This document shows, in pieces, positions 11,009 to 20,937 of a stretch of DNA of 64,000 nt. Position 1 is the first letter of the stretch; each line of letters starts with the position of its first letter. The notes below the pieces were generated by a model, which saw only the letters and a list, made by a program, of their open reading frames with translations, was not told the origin of the DNA and ran no database searches. This stretch comes from Acidimicrobiales bacterium (GTDB taxonomy: Bacteria; Actinomycetota; Acidimicrobiia; Acidimicrobiales; VFJN01), in NCBI GenBank assembly GCA_045807565.1, contig JBJMHD010000019.1:12194-76193 (forward strand), read 5' to 3'. A program made the position numbers and the translations under genes.

Positions 11009-12423
11009 CGTCCTCCGCCCCCGGAGGCCGCGCGCCCGCGCTGTCGCCGCCGAACGGAACCGGCGCCCGACCCGATCCCGCGACCACCGCGCTGGTGCTG
11101 CACGGGCACTTCTACCAACCCCCCCGCGAGGACCCCTGGACGGGGATGGTGCCCGAGCAGCCAGGAGCGGCGCCGTACCACGACTGGAACGAGCGGATCA
11201 CCGCCGAGTGCTACCGACCGAACGCCGAGCTCGGCACGTTCGAGAAGCTCTCGTTCAACGTGGGGCCCACGCTGCTCCTCTGGCTGCAGGCGCACCACCA
11301 CGACGTCTACGAGCGCATCCTCGCCGCCGACCGCAGGAGCGGTCGCGCCATCGCCCAGGCCTACGGGCACGCGATCCTGCCGCTCTGCAACGAGCGGGAC
11401 GTCCGGACGCACGTCCGCTGGGGGATCCTCGACTTCACGACGCGCTTCGGACGCGTGCCGGAGGGGATGTGGCTGCCGGAGACAGCCGTGAACGACTTCG
11501 TCCTGCGCGTCCTCGCCGAGGAGGGGATCCGATTCACCATCCTCGCGCCCGGACAGATCGACGCCGCCGAGCCGCCGCGATCCGGTCTCTACCGCTGGCG
11601 CGACCCCGAGGAGCCCAGGCGCACGGTGGACCTCGTGGTGTACGACGGCGCGCTGTCGCACCTCCTCGCCTTCGAGGTGCCGTCGAGCCGCCAGATCCTC
11701 GGCGCCGCCGTCGACGTCGGCGGCCTCGTGGTCGCCGCCACCGATGGCGAGACGTTCGGCCACCACCACGACGGCGCCGACGAGGTCGTCGCGCGCGCCC
11801 TCGCCATCGCCGAGCCGGCCTACGGGGTGGAGCTGCCGCGCCTGGTCGACCTCCTCGACGAGTCCCCGCCAAACGAGGAGGTGGGGGTGCGCACGAGCGC
11901 GTGGTCGTGCGCCCACGGGGTGGAACGGTGGATGGCCGACTGCGGCTGCCACACCGGTGGCCCCGACGGGTGGGACCAGGCGTGGCGAGGACCGCTGCGG
12001 CACGCCCTCGACGTGCTGCGCGACTGGGGCGTCGACGTGTTCGAGCGCCGTGGCAAGGAGCTGCTCCACGACGCGTGGGCGGCCCGCGACGAGTACCTGG
12101 GCCTGCTCATCGGCGCGGTGGGCTGGGAGGAGTTCGCCCGCCGGCACATCGCCGGTGACGGCCACCAGGCGGGGGTGCTGCTCGACGCCCAGCGGAACGC
12201 GCTGCTCATGTACACGAGCTGCGGCTGGTTCTTCAACGACCTGGCGGGGATCGAGACCATCCAGGTGCTGCGCTACGCCGCCCGCTCGATCGAGCTCCAC
12301 CAGCAGATCGGCGAGCACCCGCCGGTCGACGACGTCCTCGAGATCCTCGCCGAGGCGCGCTCCAACGACCCCGAGAAGGGCAGCGGTCGAGACCTCTGGT
12401 TCAACGAGGTCCTCCCGAGGTAG
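11005..12423 (+). CDS. Glycoside hydrolase family 57 protein (alpha-glucan-active; branching enzyme/amylase-like)
   Basis: GH57 conserved regions are visible: LHGHFYQPPRE, GMWLPETAV (nucleophile Glu context) and ATDGETFGHH (acid/base Asp context). ATG 11005 overlaps the glgB stop (ATGA). Confidence 0.8.
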   Translation: MTSSAPGGRAPALSPPNGTGARPDPATTALVLHGHFYQPPREDPWTGMVPEQPGAAPYHDWNERITAECYRPNAELGTFEKLSFNVGPTLLLWLQAHHHDVYERILAADRRSGRAIAQAYGHAILPLCNERDVRTHVRWGILDFTTRFGRVPEGMWLPETAVNDFVLRVLAEEGIRFTILAPGQIDAAEPPRSGLYRWRDPEEPRRTVDLVVYDGALSHLLAFEVPSSRQILGAAVDVGGLVVAATDGETFGHHHDGADEVVARALAIAEPAYGVELPRLVDLLDESPPNEEVGVRTSAWSCAHGVERWMADCGCHTGGPDGWDQAWRGPLRHALDVLRDWGVDVFERRGKELLHDAWAARDEYLGLLIGAVGWEEFARRHIAGDGHQAGVLLDAQRNALLMYTSCGWFFNDLAGIETIQVLRYAARSIELHQQIGEHPPVDDVLEILAEARSNDPEKGSGRDLWFNEVLPR

Positions 12424-12532
12424 CGCACCCTCGACCGTGCGTCGTGCGGCAGCGCCCGGCGTCGCCGGGTGACGCAAGCTCCCGTGGGGGTGCCAGGGGA
12501 ACGCCCAGGAGGGCCCGGTAGCCTGCGCCGTC

Positions 12533-13363
12533 GTGAGCACGCAGATGCAGACCTGCTATCGCCACGGCGATCGCAAGGCGGGGGTCATCTGCCAGCGGTG
12601 CGACAGGCCGATCTGCCCGGCGTGCATGCACCAGGCATCGGTGGGCTTCCACTGCCCGGAGTGCGCGAGGTCGGGCGCCCAGAAGGTGGTGAAGGCCAAC
12701 CAGCTGCGCACCCGACCCATCGTCACCCAGGTGCTCATCGCCCTGAACGTGGTGATCTTCCTCGCTGGCATCGGGTCCGGTCTCCAGACCCGGGACTCGG
12801 TCGTGCTCGACTACGGCCTGATCAGCCAGACGCCCTTCGGCGTCCCGTTCGGCGTGGGAGCGGGCGAGTGGTACCGGCTCGTGACGAGCGGGTTCCTGCA
12901 CATCAACGTGATCCACATCGCGTTCAACATGCTCGCCCTCTACTACCTCGGGAACCTCCTCGAACCGGCCTTCGGTCGGGTGCGGTTCCTGGCCGTGTAC
13001 TTCGTGTCGATGCTGGTCGGCTCGCTCGGGGTGGTGCTGGTGACCCCCGACCGGCTCACCGTCGGTGCATCCGGTGCCGTCTTCGGGCTCATGGGCTTCG
13101 CCTTCATGGCCCTGCGCTCCCGGGGGATCGATCCGTTCTCCACCGGGCTGGGCGGCACGATCATCCTCAACCTGATCATCACGTTCACGCTGTCGAGCTA
13201 CATCAGCGTCGGCGGCCACATCGGCGGCCTCATCGGCGGCACGCTGTGCGGCTACCTCCTCACCGACCTCGGTCCCAAGCACCTGCGCGACGAGCGGGCG
13301 ATCCTCGGGTCGGTGATCGGGCTGGGCGTCGTCGCCTTCACGCTCGCGATCGCGCTCGCCTAG
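12533..13363 (+). CDS. Rhomboid-family intramembrane serine protease with an N-terminal zinc ribbon
   Basis: N-terminal CYRHGDRKAGVICQRCDRPICPACM...FHCPEC. Rhomboid catalytic motifs GASGAVFGLMG and HIGGLIGG. Polytopic. Confidence 0.85.
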   Translation: MSTQMQTCYRHGDRKAGVICQRCDRPICPACMHQASVGFHCPECARSGAQKVVKANQLRTRPIVTQVLIALNVVIFLAGIGSGLQTRDSVVLDYGLISQTPFGVPFGVGAGEWYRLVTSGFLHINVIHIAFNMLALYYLGNLLEPAFGRVRFLAVYFVSMLVGSLGVVLVTPDRLTVGASGAVFGLMGFAFMALRSRGIDPFSTGLGGTIILNLIITFTLSSYISVGGHIGGLIGGTLCGYLLTDLGPKHLRDERAILGSVIGLGVVAFTLAIALA

Positions 13364-13791
13364 AAGCGCGACGCGAGCCGGCGGAGGTTCCGCTTCCAGA
13401 CCCAGCGCAGCGCCGGCGCGCTGACCAGCGCCCCGAACCGCCCACCGAGACGCGTCGGGTAGGTCAGCTCCTCCTTCCACTGGAAGCGCGTGCGCCCGCG
13501 CCTCGCCTTGCGGAGCGTGAACCGGCCCCGACCGGTGATCAGGCCGGTGTGGGTGACGCCCATCGCCCGTCCCGGCGTCCACTCGGTGATCTCCATCACG
13601 TCGGTGAGCGTGAGCGGCCCGACCTTCGTGTCGCACTCGAAGCGGGTGCCCACCCCGCTGGTCTGCGGCGACAGGAACCGGATCGCCCGCGCGTCCGCCA
13701 TCCACTCGACGTGCGTGGAGATGTCGGCCAGGTCGGCCCACACCACGTCCGGCGGCGCGTCGAGCACGGTCGACACCTTGATGCGGGCCAT
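13360..13791 (-). CDS. SRPBCC (polyketide cyclase/dehydrase-like) ligand-binding protein
   Basis: MARIKVSTVLDAPPDVVWADLADISTHVEWM... is a typical SRPBCC N-terminus. Start taken at ATG 13791; the ORF track begins at 13932. Confidence 0.7.
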   Translation of the reverse strand: MARIKVSTVLDAPPDVVWADLADISTHVEWMADARAIRFLSPQTSGVGTRFECDTKVGPLTLTDVMEITEWTPGRAMGVTHTGLITGRGRFTLRKARRGRTRFQWKEELTYPTRLGGRFGALVSAPALRWVWKRNLRRLASRF

Positions 13792-13855
13792 CGCGGGCCA
13801 CTCTTGCAGGCGTGGGCGCCGCCCAGGTTCCCGGACGGCCGCATACGATCGCGGG

Positions 13856-14716
13856 ATGCGCAGGTCTCTCATCGCCATCGCCATCGTCGCCGCGTGGGTC
13901 GCGGGTCCCACCACCGCGGGCGCCATCAACACCTACAACTTCCACTCCTCCGATCGCAGCGAGGTCGGCGCCTACGTGGCCTTGTGGGACAGCGATGACG
14001 ACGGCGTCGCCGATCGCTTCGACTGGGTGTGCAGCGGCACCATGGTGGACGCCGACACCTACCTCACCGCCGGTCACTGCACCACGGACTGGCCGGAGGG
14101 GACGCGCCACTTCGTGAGCCTGGAGGCGGACGTCCAGACGCTGCTCGACCACGCCACCGGCACCGCCGAGCAGAAGGCCGCCGCGTTCCTCGCCGACGGC
14201 TTCGTCGTCGAGGGCGACCCCATCACGGACGCGGGCTACAGCAAGGGCCTCAACGGGAGCGACATCGGCGTCCTCGACTTCAGCGACCGCTCCCGGACGC
14301 CGGCCGACGAGTGGTCGTTCACCCCCGCCACGCTCCCGACGTCCGGTCAGCTCGACAAGGCCAACAAGGTCCTCAAGGCCGCGTCCTGGACGGTCGTGGG
14401 CTACGGCACGAGCGAGGCCGCACGCGGCCCGGGCGGGCAGACGCACCCGAACGGAGGCGTCCGCCTCGAGGCCGCCGAGGGCTTCACCACCCTCAACAAG
14501 GACTGGGTGAAGCTCGACATGCACGAGAACCACGACTGGGGGGGCGCCTGCTACGGCGACTCCGGCGGTCCGAACTTCGTGGTGCTCGGCGGCCAGACCA
14601 TCCTCGCGTCGACCACCATCACCGGTGACACGCCCTGCTACTCGACGAACGTCACCTACCGGATGGACACGCCCACGGCGCGGGCGTTCCTCGCCCGCTT
14701 CGTGGCGCTGCCGTAG
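13856..14716 (+). CDS. Secreted trypsin-like (S1 family) serine protease
   Basis: Signal-like N-terminus MRRSLIAIAIVAAWVAGPTTAGA. The His motif is LTAGHC and the Ser motif is GDSGGP. Start taken at ATG 13856. Confidence 0.8.
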   Translation: MRRSLIAIAIVAAWVAGPTTAGAINTYNFHSSDRSEVGAYVALWDSDDDGVADRFDWVCSGTMVDADTYLTAGHCTTDWPEGTRHFVSLEADVQTLLDHATGTAEQKAAAFLADGFVVEGDPITDAGYSKGLNGSDIGVLDFSDRSRTPADEWSFTPATLPTSGQLDKANKVLKAASWTVVGYGTSEAARGPGGQTHPNGGVRLEAAEGFTTLNKDWVKLDMHENHDWGGACYGDSGGPNFVVLGGQTILASTTITGDTPCYSTNVTYRMDTPTARAFLARFVALP

Positions 14717-14726
14717 GCCCGGGCCG

Positions 14727-15836
14727 TCAGGCGACGGCGGCCTCGATCACCAGGCCGGTGGCGCACAGCAGGTCCTCGCTGAGGTCCGGGCCCACGAGCT
14801 GCACGCTGGCGGGGAACCGTGGGTGCGCGGCGGGCACCGGCAGCGCCAGGCTGGGGTGGCCGGCGTGGTTCACCGGCAGGTTGGTGCGGCGCGTGTTCGG
14901 GACGGATCCGTCGATGGGCGTGGGGAACATCCCGATCGTGGGCCACGCCAGCACCGGCGCGCGGGCGAACGCGGAGGCCAGCTCGGCCCGCCACGCCGAG
15001 CGGTGGGCGCGGGCGCGCTCGTAGGCGTCGGTGGTGACGTCGCGCCCCTGCTCGATGCGCTCGACGATGTCGGCGCCGAGCGAGCGCTGGTCCTCCTCGT
15101 AGAGGTGGCGGTCCACCACCCAGTACTCGTGGAACATCACGGCCCACCCGGCGTCGTTGGCGGCGTCCCAGCCGGGCAGCTCCACCTCCACCACCTCGAT
15201 CTCGCTGCGGGCCAGCGCGGTGTCCACAGCGGCGTCGATCACCGGGTCGACGTCGGGCAGGCGCACCCGGCCGATCACCGGCGTGGGCGCGGACGCGGCA
15301 CGGAAGCCGGGTTCGAGCAGGGCCATGCCCTCGACGACGGCCGCCACGTCCCGTCCCATCGGTCCCACCGTGTCGAGCGAGGGCGCGAGCGGCCACACGC
15401 CGTCGAGCGAGACACGGCCCCATGTCGTCTTCAGGCCGGCCGTGCCGCAGCAGGCCGAGGGGTTGCGGATGGAGCCGGCGGTGTCGGTGCCCAGCGCCAG
15501 GTCGACCTCGCCGTCGGCCAGGGCGACCGCGCTCCCGCTCGAGCTGCCGCCGGGGATGCACGACGCGTCGAACGGGTTGGTGGGCGTGCCGTAGTGCCGG
15601 TTGACGCCGGTGCCGCCGCACGCCAGCTCATGGAGGTTCGCCTTGCCCACGATGGCGACCTCGGCGGCGCGCAGGCCGGCCAGGCACGCCGCGTCGCGCT
15701 CGGCCGGCTCGGCGTGGCGCGCCACCACCGGGCAGGCGGCCGTGGTGGGCGTGCCGGCCACGTCGATCACATCCTTGATCGCAACCCTCGGGCCGGCGCC
15801 CGGGGCGTCCATCCGGAGGATCCACGTGGCGCTCAC
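14727..15836 (-). CDS. Amidase-signature family amidase
   Basis: GGSSSGSAVALA and GTDTAGSIRNPSACCG motifs. At 369 aa it is shorter than many family members. Confidence 0.85.
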   Translation of the reverse strand: MSATWILRMDAPGAGPRVAIKDVIDVAGTPTTAACPVVARHAEPAERDAACLAGLRAAEVAIVGKANLHELACGGTGVNRHYGTPTNPFDASCIPGGSSSGSAVALADGEVDLALGTDTAGSIRNPSACCGTAGLKTTWGRVSLDGVWPLAPSLDTVGPMGRDVAAVVEGMALLEPGFRAASAPTPVIGRVRLPDVDPVIDAAVDTALARSEIEVVEVELPGWDAANDAGWAVMFHEYWVVDRHLYEEDQRSLGADIVERIEQGRDVTTDAYERARAHRSAWRAELASAFARAPVLAWPTIGMFPTPIDGSVPNTRRTNLPVNHAGHPSLALPVPAAHPRFPASVQLVGPDLSEDLLCATGLVIEAAVA

Positions 15837-15913
15837 GGACCGACCCTAGGAGAGGCGCGACCGGCCCGAGAACCCAGTGATCACGGGGATCCGCGGTCGC
15901 TGTCACACCCTCT

Positions 15914-17170
15914 GTGCACACTCTGGGCATGCCCACCACGATCCTCGTCGTCCTGCTGGCGGCCGCCGTCCTCGCCCTCGCCCACGTCATCGGCACCCGT
16001 GCCGCCCGGGCGGGGAGCCGGGTGGCCGACGAGCGCGCCACGGCCGCGCTCGAGCAGCAGGTCGCCCAGCTGGAGGCCCGCCTGGGCATGGAGCGCGAGC
16101 ACACCGTGCGGTCGGCGGCCGACATGGCGGCCAGGCTCGCCGGGGAGAAGCTGGGCGACTCGATGGTGAGCGGCGCCAACCTGCTCAGCATGCGCAGCGA
16201 CACGTTCGACCAGCGCGTCGAAGGGCTCATGAGCCAGGTCGAGCGGCTCGGCGACGTCGTCACGCGCCTCCAGCGCGACGGCGCCTCGCAGCACAGCGAG
16301 GTGCTCAGCGGGCTCCGCGCCGCCCAATCCTCCACGAAGGAGCTGGCGCAGACCACCGCGCACCTGCGTGAGGCGCTGGCCAGCCCCAAGGCCCGCGGGC
16401 AGTGGGGCGAGCGCATGGCCGACGACGTGCTCCGCCACGCCGGCATGGTCGAGGGCATCAGCTACTGCAAGCAGACCGGCATCGCCGGCGGGTCGATCCC
16501 GGACGTCACCTTCTTCATGCCCGGAGAGCGCGTCCTCCACATGGACGTCAAGTTCCCCGTCGACAACTACCTGCGGCACCTGGAGGCCACCACCGACGGC
16601 GAGCGCGAAGCGCACGCCAAGGCGTTCCTCCGGGACGTGCGCGGTCGGGTGAAGGAGCTGGCCGCCCGCACGGGCTACATCGACGCCAGCACCACGCTCG
16701 ACCAGGTGCTGCTCTTCATCCCGAACGAGAGCGTGTGGGGGTTCATCCACGAGCGCGACCCGGAGCTGATCGACGTCGCCCTGGGGCAGAAGGTGGTGCT
16801 CTGCTCCCCGGTGAGCCTCTTCGCCGTGCTCGCCGTGATCCGGCAGGCGGTGGAGCAGACCGGCCTCGAGCGGACGAGCCACGAGATCCTCGAGTGCCTC
16901 GCCGGGTTCGGCAAGGAGTGGACGAAGTTCTCCGAGGCCCTCGACAAGGTCGTCACGCACCTCGATCGCACGCAGCGCAGCCTCGAGGACGTCACGGGCA
17001 CCCGTCGGCGCCAGCTGGAGCGCCAGCTCGATCGGGTGGACGCCCTGCGCATCGCGCGCGGCCTTCCGCCCGGCGACCCGGCCGCACCGGACCGTGGCGA
17101 CGGCGACGAGGAGGCCCGGCGCCGCGCCGCCGGCGACGTTCGCCTCTGGGACGTCCCCGAGGCCGGGTGA
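15914..17170 (+). CDS. rmuC: DNA recombination protein RmuC
   Basis: N-terminal TM, a coiled-coil, then the RmuC core (GQWGERMADDVLRHAGMVEG...DVTFFMPGERVLHMDVKFP...LFIPNESV). An alternative start lies at ATG 15929. Confidence 0.85.
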   Translation: MHTLGMPTTILVVLLAAAVLALAHVIGTRAARAGSRVADERATAALEQQVAQLEARLGMEREHTVRSAADMAARLAGEKLGDSMVSGANLLSMRSDTFDQRVEGLMSQVERLGDVVTRLQRDGASQHSEVLSGLRAAQSSTKELAQTTAHLREALASPKARGQWGERMADDVLRHAGMVEGISYCKQTGIAGGSIPDVTFFMPGERVLHMDVKFPVDNYLRHLEATTDGEREAHAKAFLRDVRGRVKELAARTGYIDASTTLDQVLLFIPNESVWGFIHERDPELIDVALGQKVVLCSPVSLFAVLAVIRQAVEQTGLERTSHEILECLAGFGKEWTKFSEALDKVVTHLDRTQRSLEDVTGTRRRQLERQLDRVDALRIARGLPPGDPAAPDRGDGDEEARRRAAGDVRLWDVPEAG

Positions 17171-17193
17171 CCCGTCGGTTCGCTGGCGCGCGT

Positions 17194-17247
17194 CTGATGG
17201 GCCGGCGCTCTGCGGTTGGCGGGTGCGAGGAGCGCCGGGCCCATCAG
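17194..17247. terminator. Long imperfect inverted repeat; candidate intrinsic (I-shaped, no U-tail) bidirectional terminator
   Basis: CTGATGGGCCGGCGCTC ... GAGCGCCGGGCCCATCAG forms a stem of about 17 bp with one bulge and a loop of about 20 nt. It sits 24 nt after the rmuC stop and about 22 nt after the stop of the small minus-strand ORF. Confidence 0.4.
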
Positions 17248-17269
17248 ACCCGGTAGGCGACCGCGAAGG

Positions 17270-17425
17270 TCAGGGATCGAGTGGTGCGGCGGTGCCGCGG
17301 TCGCCCATCGTCCCCAGCCCCGCGGAGGTCAGCTCAGCGGGGCGACGCGCAAGCCACCCCCCGAGGAACGGGGAGACGAACACGGACACGGCCGTCCACA
17401 GGACGGCGACGTTGGCGAGCCTCAT
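17270..17425 (-). CDS. Candidate 51-aa small membrane protein (not in ORF track)
   Basis: ATG...TGA reads MRLANVAVLWTAVSVFVSPFLGGWLARRPAELTSAGLGTMGDRGTAAPLDP, with one TM segment and strong GC3 bias. It lies 86 nt downstream of the SARP-type gene on the same strand and is followed by the inverted repeat. I recognise no homology. Confidence 0.3.
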   Translation of the reverse strand: MRLANVAVLWTAVSVFVSPFLGGWLARRPAELTSAGLGTMGDRGTAAPLDP

Positions 17426-17511
17426 GTGCCCACCCCGCCGCGCTTGCCGTAGCCCACCGGGCGATCATCCCGATGGATGGCAAACGGACGGCAAACGACG
17501 TCAGGTGGAGG

Positions 17512-20500
17512 TCAGGTGGCCGACGCGGCGGCGAGGCGGGCCGACCCGTGGGTCTGGGCCCGCGCCTGCGCCAGGTCGAGCAGCTCAGCCGCCGCCTCCC
17601 GATCCCCGGGCGCGCCCCGTGCCCGCCGCACCAGGGCCTCGTCGCGGGCTGCCCACCCGGACCACAGGCCGCTGCCGGCACCGTCGTCCAGCCGCCGAGC
17701 GGTCTCGAGGTGGGCGATGGCGCGATCGTGGTCGCCGGCCAGGTGGGCGAGCCGACCCAGGTAGCGGTCGACACGGCCGAGCACGGCCACCACCGACGTG
17801 AGCGTCACCACCTGACCCTCCGACGGCGCCAGGGCGTCGTAGAGGGCGGGCACGTGCGGACCGGCCAGCTCCAGGTCGGTCACGACCTCCGCGGCGAGGG
17901 CCACGAGGGTGTGGTGGGCCCAGTCCCGCGGGAGCCGGGCGAGTCCGGCGAGGAACGGCTCCACCAGGTCCCGCGCGCCCTCCCGGTCGCCCTGGGCGAG
18001 CAGGGCGGCGGCCAGGATGGGGGCGTTGGCATCGGGAGCCGCCGTCGCGACGTGGCGGACGACCTGCGCCCAGCGCTCGCTGCCGCCGCCCTCCCGCTCG
18101 GCGAAGAGCGTCTGCACGAAGCGCACCGCGGGAGCCGACTCCACCGCTGCGCCGACCAGGCGGTCGAACAGCACGGCGCCGCTCGTGCGGATCTCCGCCA
18201 CCGTCCCCGTGGCGAAGGCGAGGGCGGCGTCCACCGCGACGAGCTGCAGCTCGATGGCTCGCTGGTGCCCCTCGACGGCTCGGGCCAGGTACTCCGGCTG
18301 TGCGGCGCGACACGCGTGGAACCGGCCCCCGCGGAGGCGAGCCGCTTGCGCCGCGACGTGTCCGTACGACGCCAGGGACGGGTCGCCCAGTCGCAGCGCG
18401 TCGCCGGCGAGCTCCAGGGCGTCCTGCTCGCACCGGTGGGGATCGTCGCTGCGGGCCTCGGCCTGTCGGAGGCGCGTGTAGCGGATCGCCACCTCGAGCA
18501 TCGGGCTGGACCCGCGCGTCCGTGCCGCCTCGGCTGCCTCCAGCGCCGAGGCCGACCGGACGGCGTCGACGTTCACCAGCAGGTAGCCCCGCCACGACTC
18601 GAGCAGCCCTCGCCGGGTCAGGTCGCCCGGATCGATGTGGGCCACCGCCTCTTCGATGTCGGCGGCCAGCTCGAGGGCGTGGTGGGGCGTCGGTGACGCG
18701 GCCAGCTGCGATCGGGCGACGGCGGCGTCGGCGACGAGGTCCCATCGGCCCTCGGCCCGGGCGGCGAGCGCGCCCGCTTCGATCTGCTTCACCCCGGCGA
18801 GGTCGCCCTCGGCCACGGCCACCATGCCGAGCCCGATCTCGATCCCGGCGCGCTGGTCCTCGGCCGCGAGCTGCAACGCCTGCTCGAGGAGACGCCGGCT
18901 GACCTCGAGCGCGCCCTGCCCGGCGGCGTGCCGGCCCGCCGCCTCGAGCGCCTGCGCGGCCCGGGCGTCGCTGACGAGCGGGCGGGCGGCCTCCAGGTGG
19001 TGGGCGATGGCGGCGAGGTGTCCGGGTTCGCGCGGCGTAAGGGCGTCGAGGGCATCGGCGCTGCGCTCGTGCAGGCGCCGCCGCTGGGTGGGGGTGAGGT
19101 CGGCGTAGATCACCCGGCGCACCACGCCGTGCGAGAAGCGCACCCGATCGAGGTGGTCGTCGGTGGCCAGCAGACCGGCGGTGCGGACCTCGGCGACCCG
19201 TCGCTCCACGTCGTCGCGCGACGTGTCCAGGATGGAGGGGAGCACTCCCAGCGGCACGTCGGTGCCCAGCACGGCGGCGGCATCGAGGAGCTGGCGAGCG
19301 GCCGGGGTGGCGGCCGCCACCCGAGCCCGGCACATGGCGTCGAGCCCGACCGGGACGGTGGTCGGCAGCCGTCCGGCGGCGGCGGCGGCGCTGGCGAGCT
19401 GGGTGGCGTAGAGCGCGTTGCCCCCGGACGCGACCTCGATCTGGGCGGCGAGCTCGTCGACGTCGGTCACCCCCACCACCTGGTCCCGGACCAGCGCCGC
19501 CACCTCGGGACCGGACAGCGGGCGCATCCGCAGCCGCTCGATCGGGATCGCGGATCCGAAGCGCACGAGCTGTTCCTCCATCGCCGGCCACGTCGCCGGG
19601 GCGGTGCTGGCCGCCGCCACCACGAGCAGGGGGAGGTGCGACGACTCGCGGGAGAGGTGGTCGAGCACGGCGGTGGAGAAGGGGTCGAGCCAGTGCACAT
19701 CGTCGAGCACGAGCGCGGTCGGGCCCGACGAGGCGAGGGCGGCGAGGGTGCGGCTCAGGGCCGAGATGACGCGGTACCGCCGGAGGTCGAGGCCAGTGGG
19801 CTCGACCAGGGCGACGGAGCTGTTCGCCGCGCCGAGCCCGAGCAGGTCGAGCTCACGCACCGCGGCGCCCGCGGGATCCGTGACCCAGGGCTCGAGGGCG
19901 GCGAACAGGCACCGCAGTGGCACCGTCTGGGACGGTTCGCACGCCCCGCGCAGCACTCGGATCCCGCGCCCCTCGAAGCGGACGGTGAGCTCGTCGAGCA
20001 GCCGAGACTTCCCGATGCCGGGCTCGCCCAGCACCGCCACGGCGTGCAGCGCGCCCCGGCTGGCCCGTTCGAACGCGCCGTCGAGCCGGTCGAGCTCCAC
20101 GGTGCGCCCGATGAAGGGCGTCAGCGCGCGCTCGGTGGCCACGGCGGCGGGCGGGCGGCGCTCGCCGGCGAGCACGTCGCGCTCCACCTCGCGCAGCTCG
20201 GGCCCGGGGTCGAGGCCGAGGTCCTCACCGAGCTGGTCGCGAGCGCGCTGGTAGGCGAGCAGCGCCTCACGACGTCGCCCTCCTGCGCTCAGGGCGCGGA
20301 CGAGCTGCGCCGATCGTCGTTCGTCGTAGGGGTCCTCGTCGACGAGTCGCCGGAGCAGCTGCGCCGCCCCGTGGGGGTCGCCGCTCGCGAGCAGCAGCTC
20401 AGCCAAGCGGTCCTCGGCGGCGTGACGGCGCGGCAGGAGCCAGGTGGCGGCAGCGCGTGCGAAGGGGAAGGAGGTGAGATCGGCCAGCGGCTCGCCGTGC

Positions 20501-20937
20501 CAGAGGGCGAGGCCATCGCGCAGTCGCTCGGTGGCACGCGCGAGCAGCTGCGCGGCCGCCAGCTCCGAGGCCTGGTGCTCGGCGCGCTCGAACCGGTGCA
20601 GGTCGAGCACGCCGGGCGGCAGGTCGAGCCGGTAGCCGCCGCCGGTGTGGGTGACGTCGGCCTCGATGGCGGCGAGCGTCCTCCGCACGCGCGCGATCTG
20701 CGTCGAGAGCGACTTGCGGACGTGCTGCGGTGCGGCGTCGCCCCAGAGCCCGTCGATCAGCTCGTCGGTGGCGACGGTGCGGCCGGCGCTGAGCGCGAGC
20801 GAGGCGACGATGGCGCGCTGGTGGGGGCCGCCGAGGTGGAGCGGTCCGTCGCGGCCGACCGCCTCGACCGGCCCCAGGAGGCGGAGCTCCACCTCGCCGC
20901 CCACGTCCCCTCCGATCCCGCGCCGCGGCGCGTCCAC
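17512..20937 (-). CDS. AfsR/SARP-family regulator: OmpR-type wHTH + BTAD + P-loop NTPase (AAA_16/NB-ARC-like) + TPR-like repeats
   Basis: LRLLGPVEAVGRDGPLHLGGPHQRAIVASLAL...LIDGLWGD (SARP wHTH), a BTAD-like helical region, P-loop VLGEPGIGKS, Walker B ALVLDDVHWLD, and a long helical-repeat tail. Start is uncertain: I chose GTG 20937 because the ORF-track start at 21168 would overlap tatD. Confidence 0.8.
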   Translation of the reverse strand: MDAPRRGIGGDVGGEVELRLLGPVEAVGRDGPLHLGGPHQRAIVASLALSAGRTVATDELIDGLWGDAAPQHVRKSLSTQIARVRRTLAAIEADVTHTGGGYRLDLPPGVLDLHRFERAEHQASELAAAQLLARATERLRDGLALWHGEPLADLTSFPFARAAATWLLPRRHAAEDRLAELLLASGDPHGAAQLLRRLVDEDPYDERRSAQLVRALSAGGRRREALLAYQRARDQLGEDLGLDPGPELREVERDVLAGERRPPAAVATERALTPFIGRTVELDRLDGAFERASRGALHAVAVLGEPGIGKSRLLDELTVRFEGRGIRVLRGACEPSQTVPLRCLFAALEPWVTDPAGAAVRELDLLGLGAANSSVALVEPTGLDLRRYRVISALSRTLAALASSGPTALVLDDVHWLDPFSTAVLDHLSRESSHLPLLVVAAASTAPATWPAMEEQLVRFGSAIPIERLRMRPLSGPEVAALVRDQVVGVTDVDELAAQIEVASGGNALYATQLASAAAAAGRLPTTVPVGLDAMCRARVAAATPAARQLLDAAAVLGTDVPLGVLPSILDTSRDDVERRVAEVRTAGLLATDDHLDRVRFSHGVVRRVIYADLTPTQRRRLHERSADALDALTPREPGHLAAIAHHLEAARPLVSDARAAQALEAAGRHAAGQGALEVSRRLLEQALQLAAEDQRAGIEIGLGMVAVAEGDLAGVKQIEAGALAARAEGRWDLVADAAVARSQLAASPTPHHALELAADIEEAVAHIDPGDLTRRGLLESWRGYLLVNVDAVRSASALEAAEAARTRGSSPMLEVAIRYTRLRQAEARSDDPHRCEQDALELAGDALRLGDPSLASYGHVAAQAARLRGGRFHACRAAQPEYLARAVEGHQRAIELQLVAVDAALAFATGTVAEIRTSGAVLFDRLVGAAVESAPAVRFVQTLFAEREGGGSERWAQVVRHVATAAPDANAPILAAALLAQGDREGARDLVEPFLAGLARLPRDWAHHTLVALAAEVVTDLELAGPHVPALYDALAPSEGQVVTLTSVVAVLGRVDRYLGRLAHLAGDHDRAIAHLETARRLDDGAGSGLWSGWAARDEALVRRARGAPGDREAAAELLDLAQARAQTHGSARLAAASAT

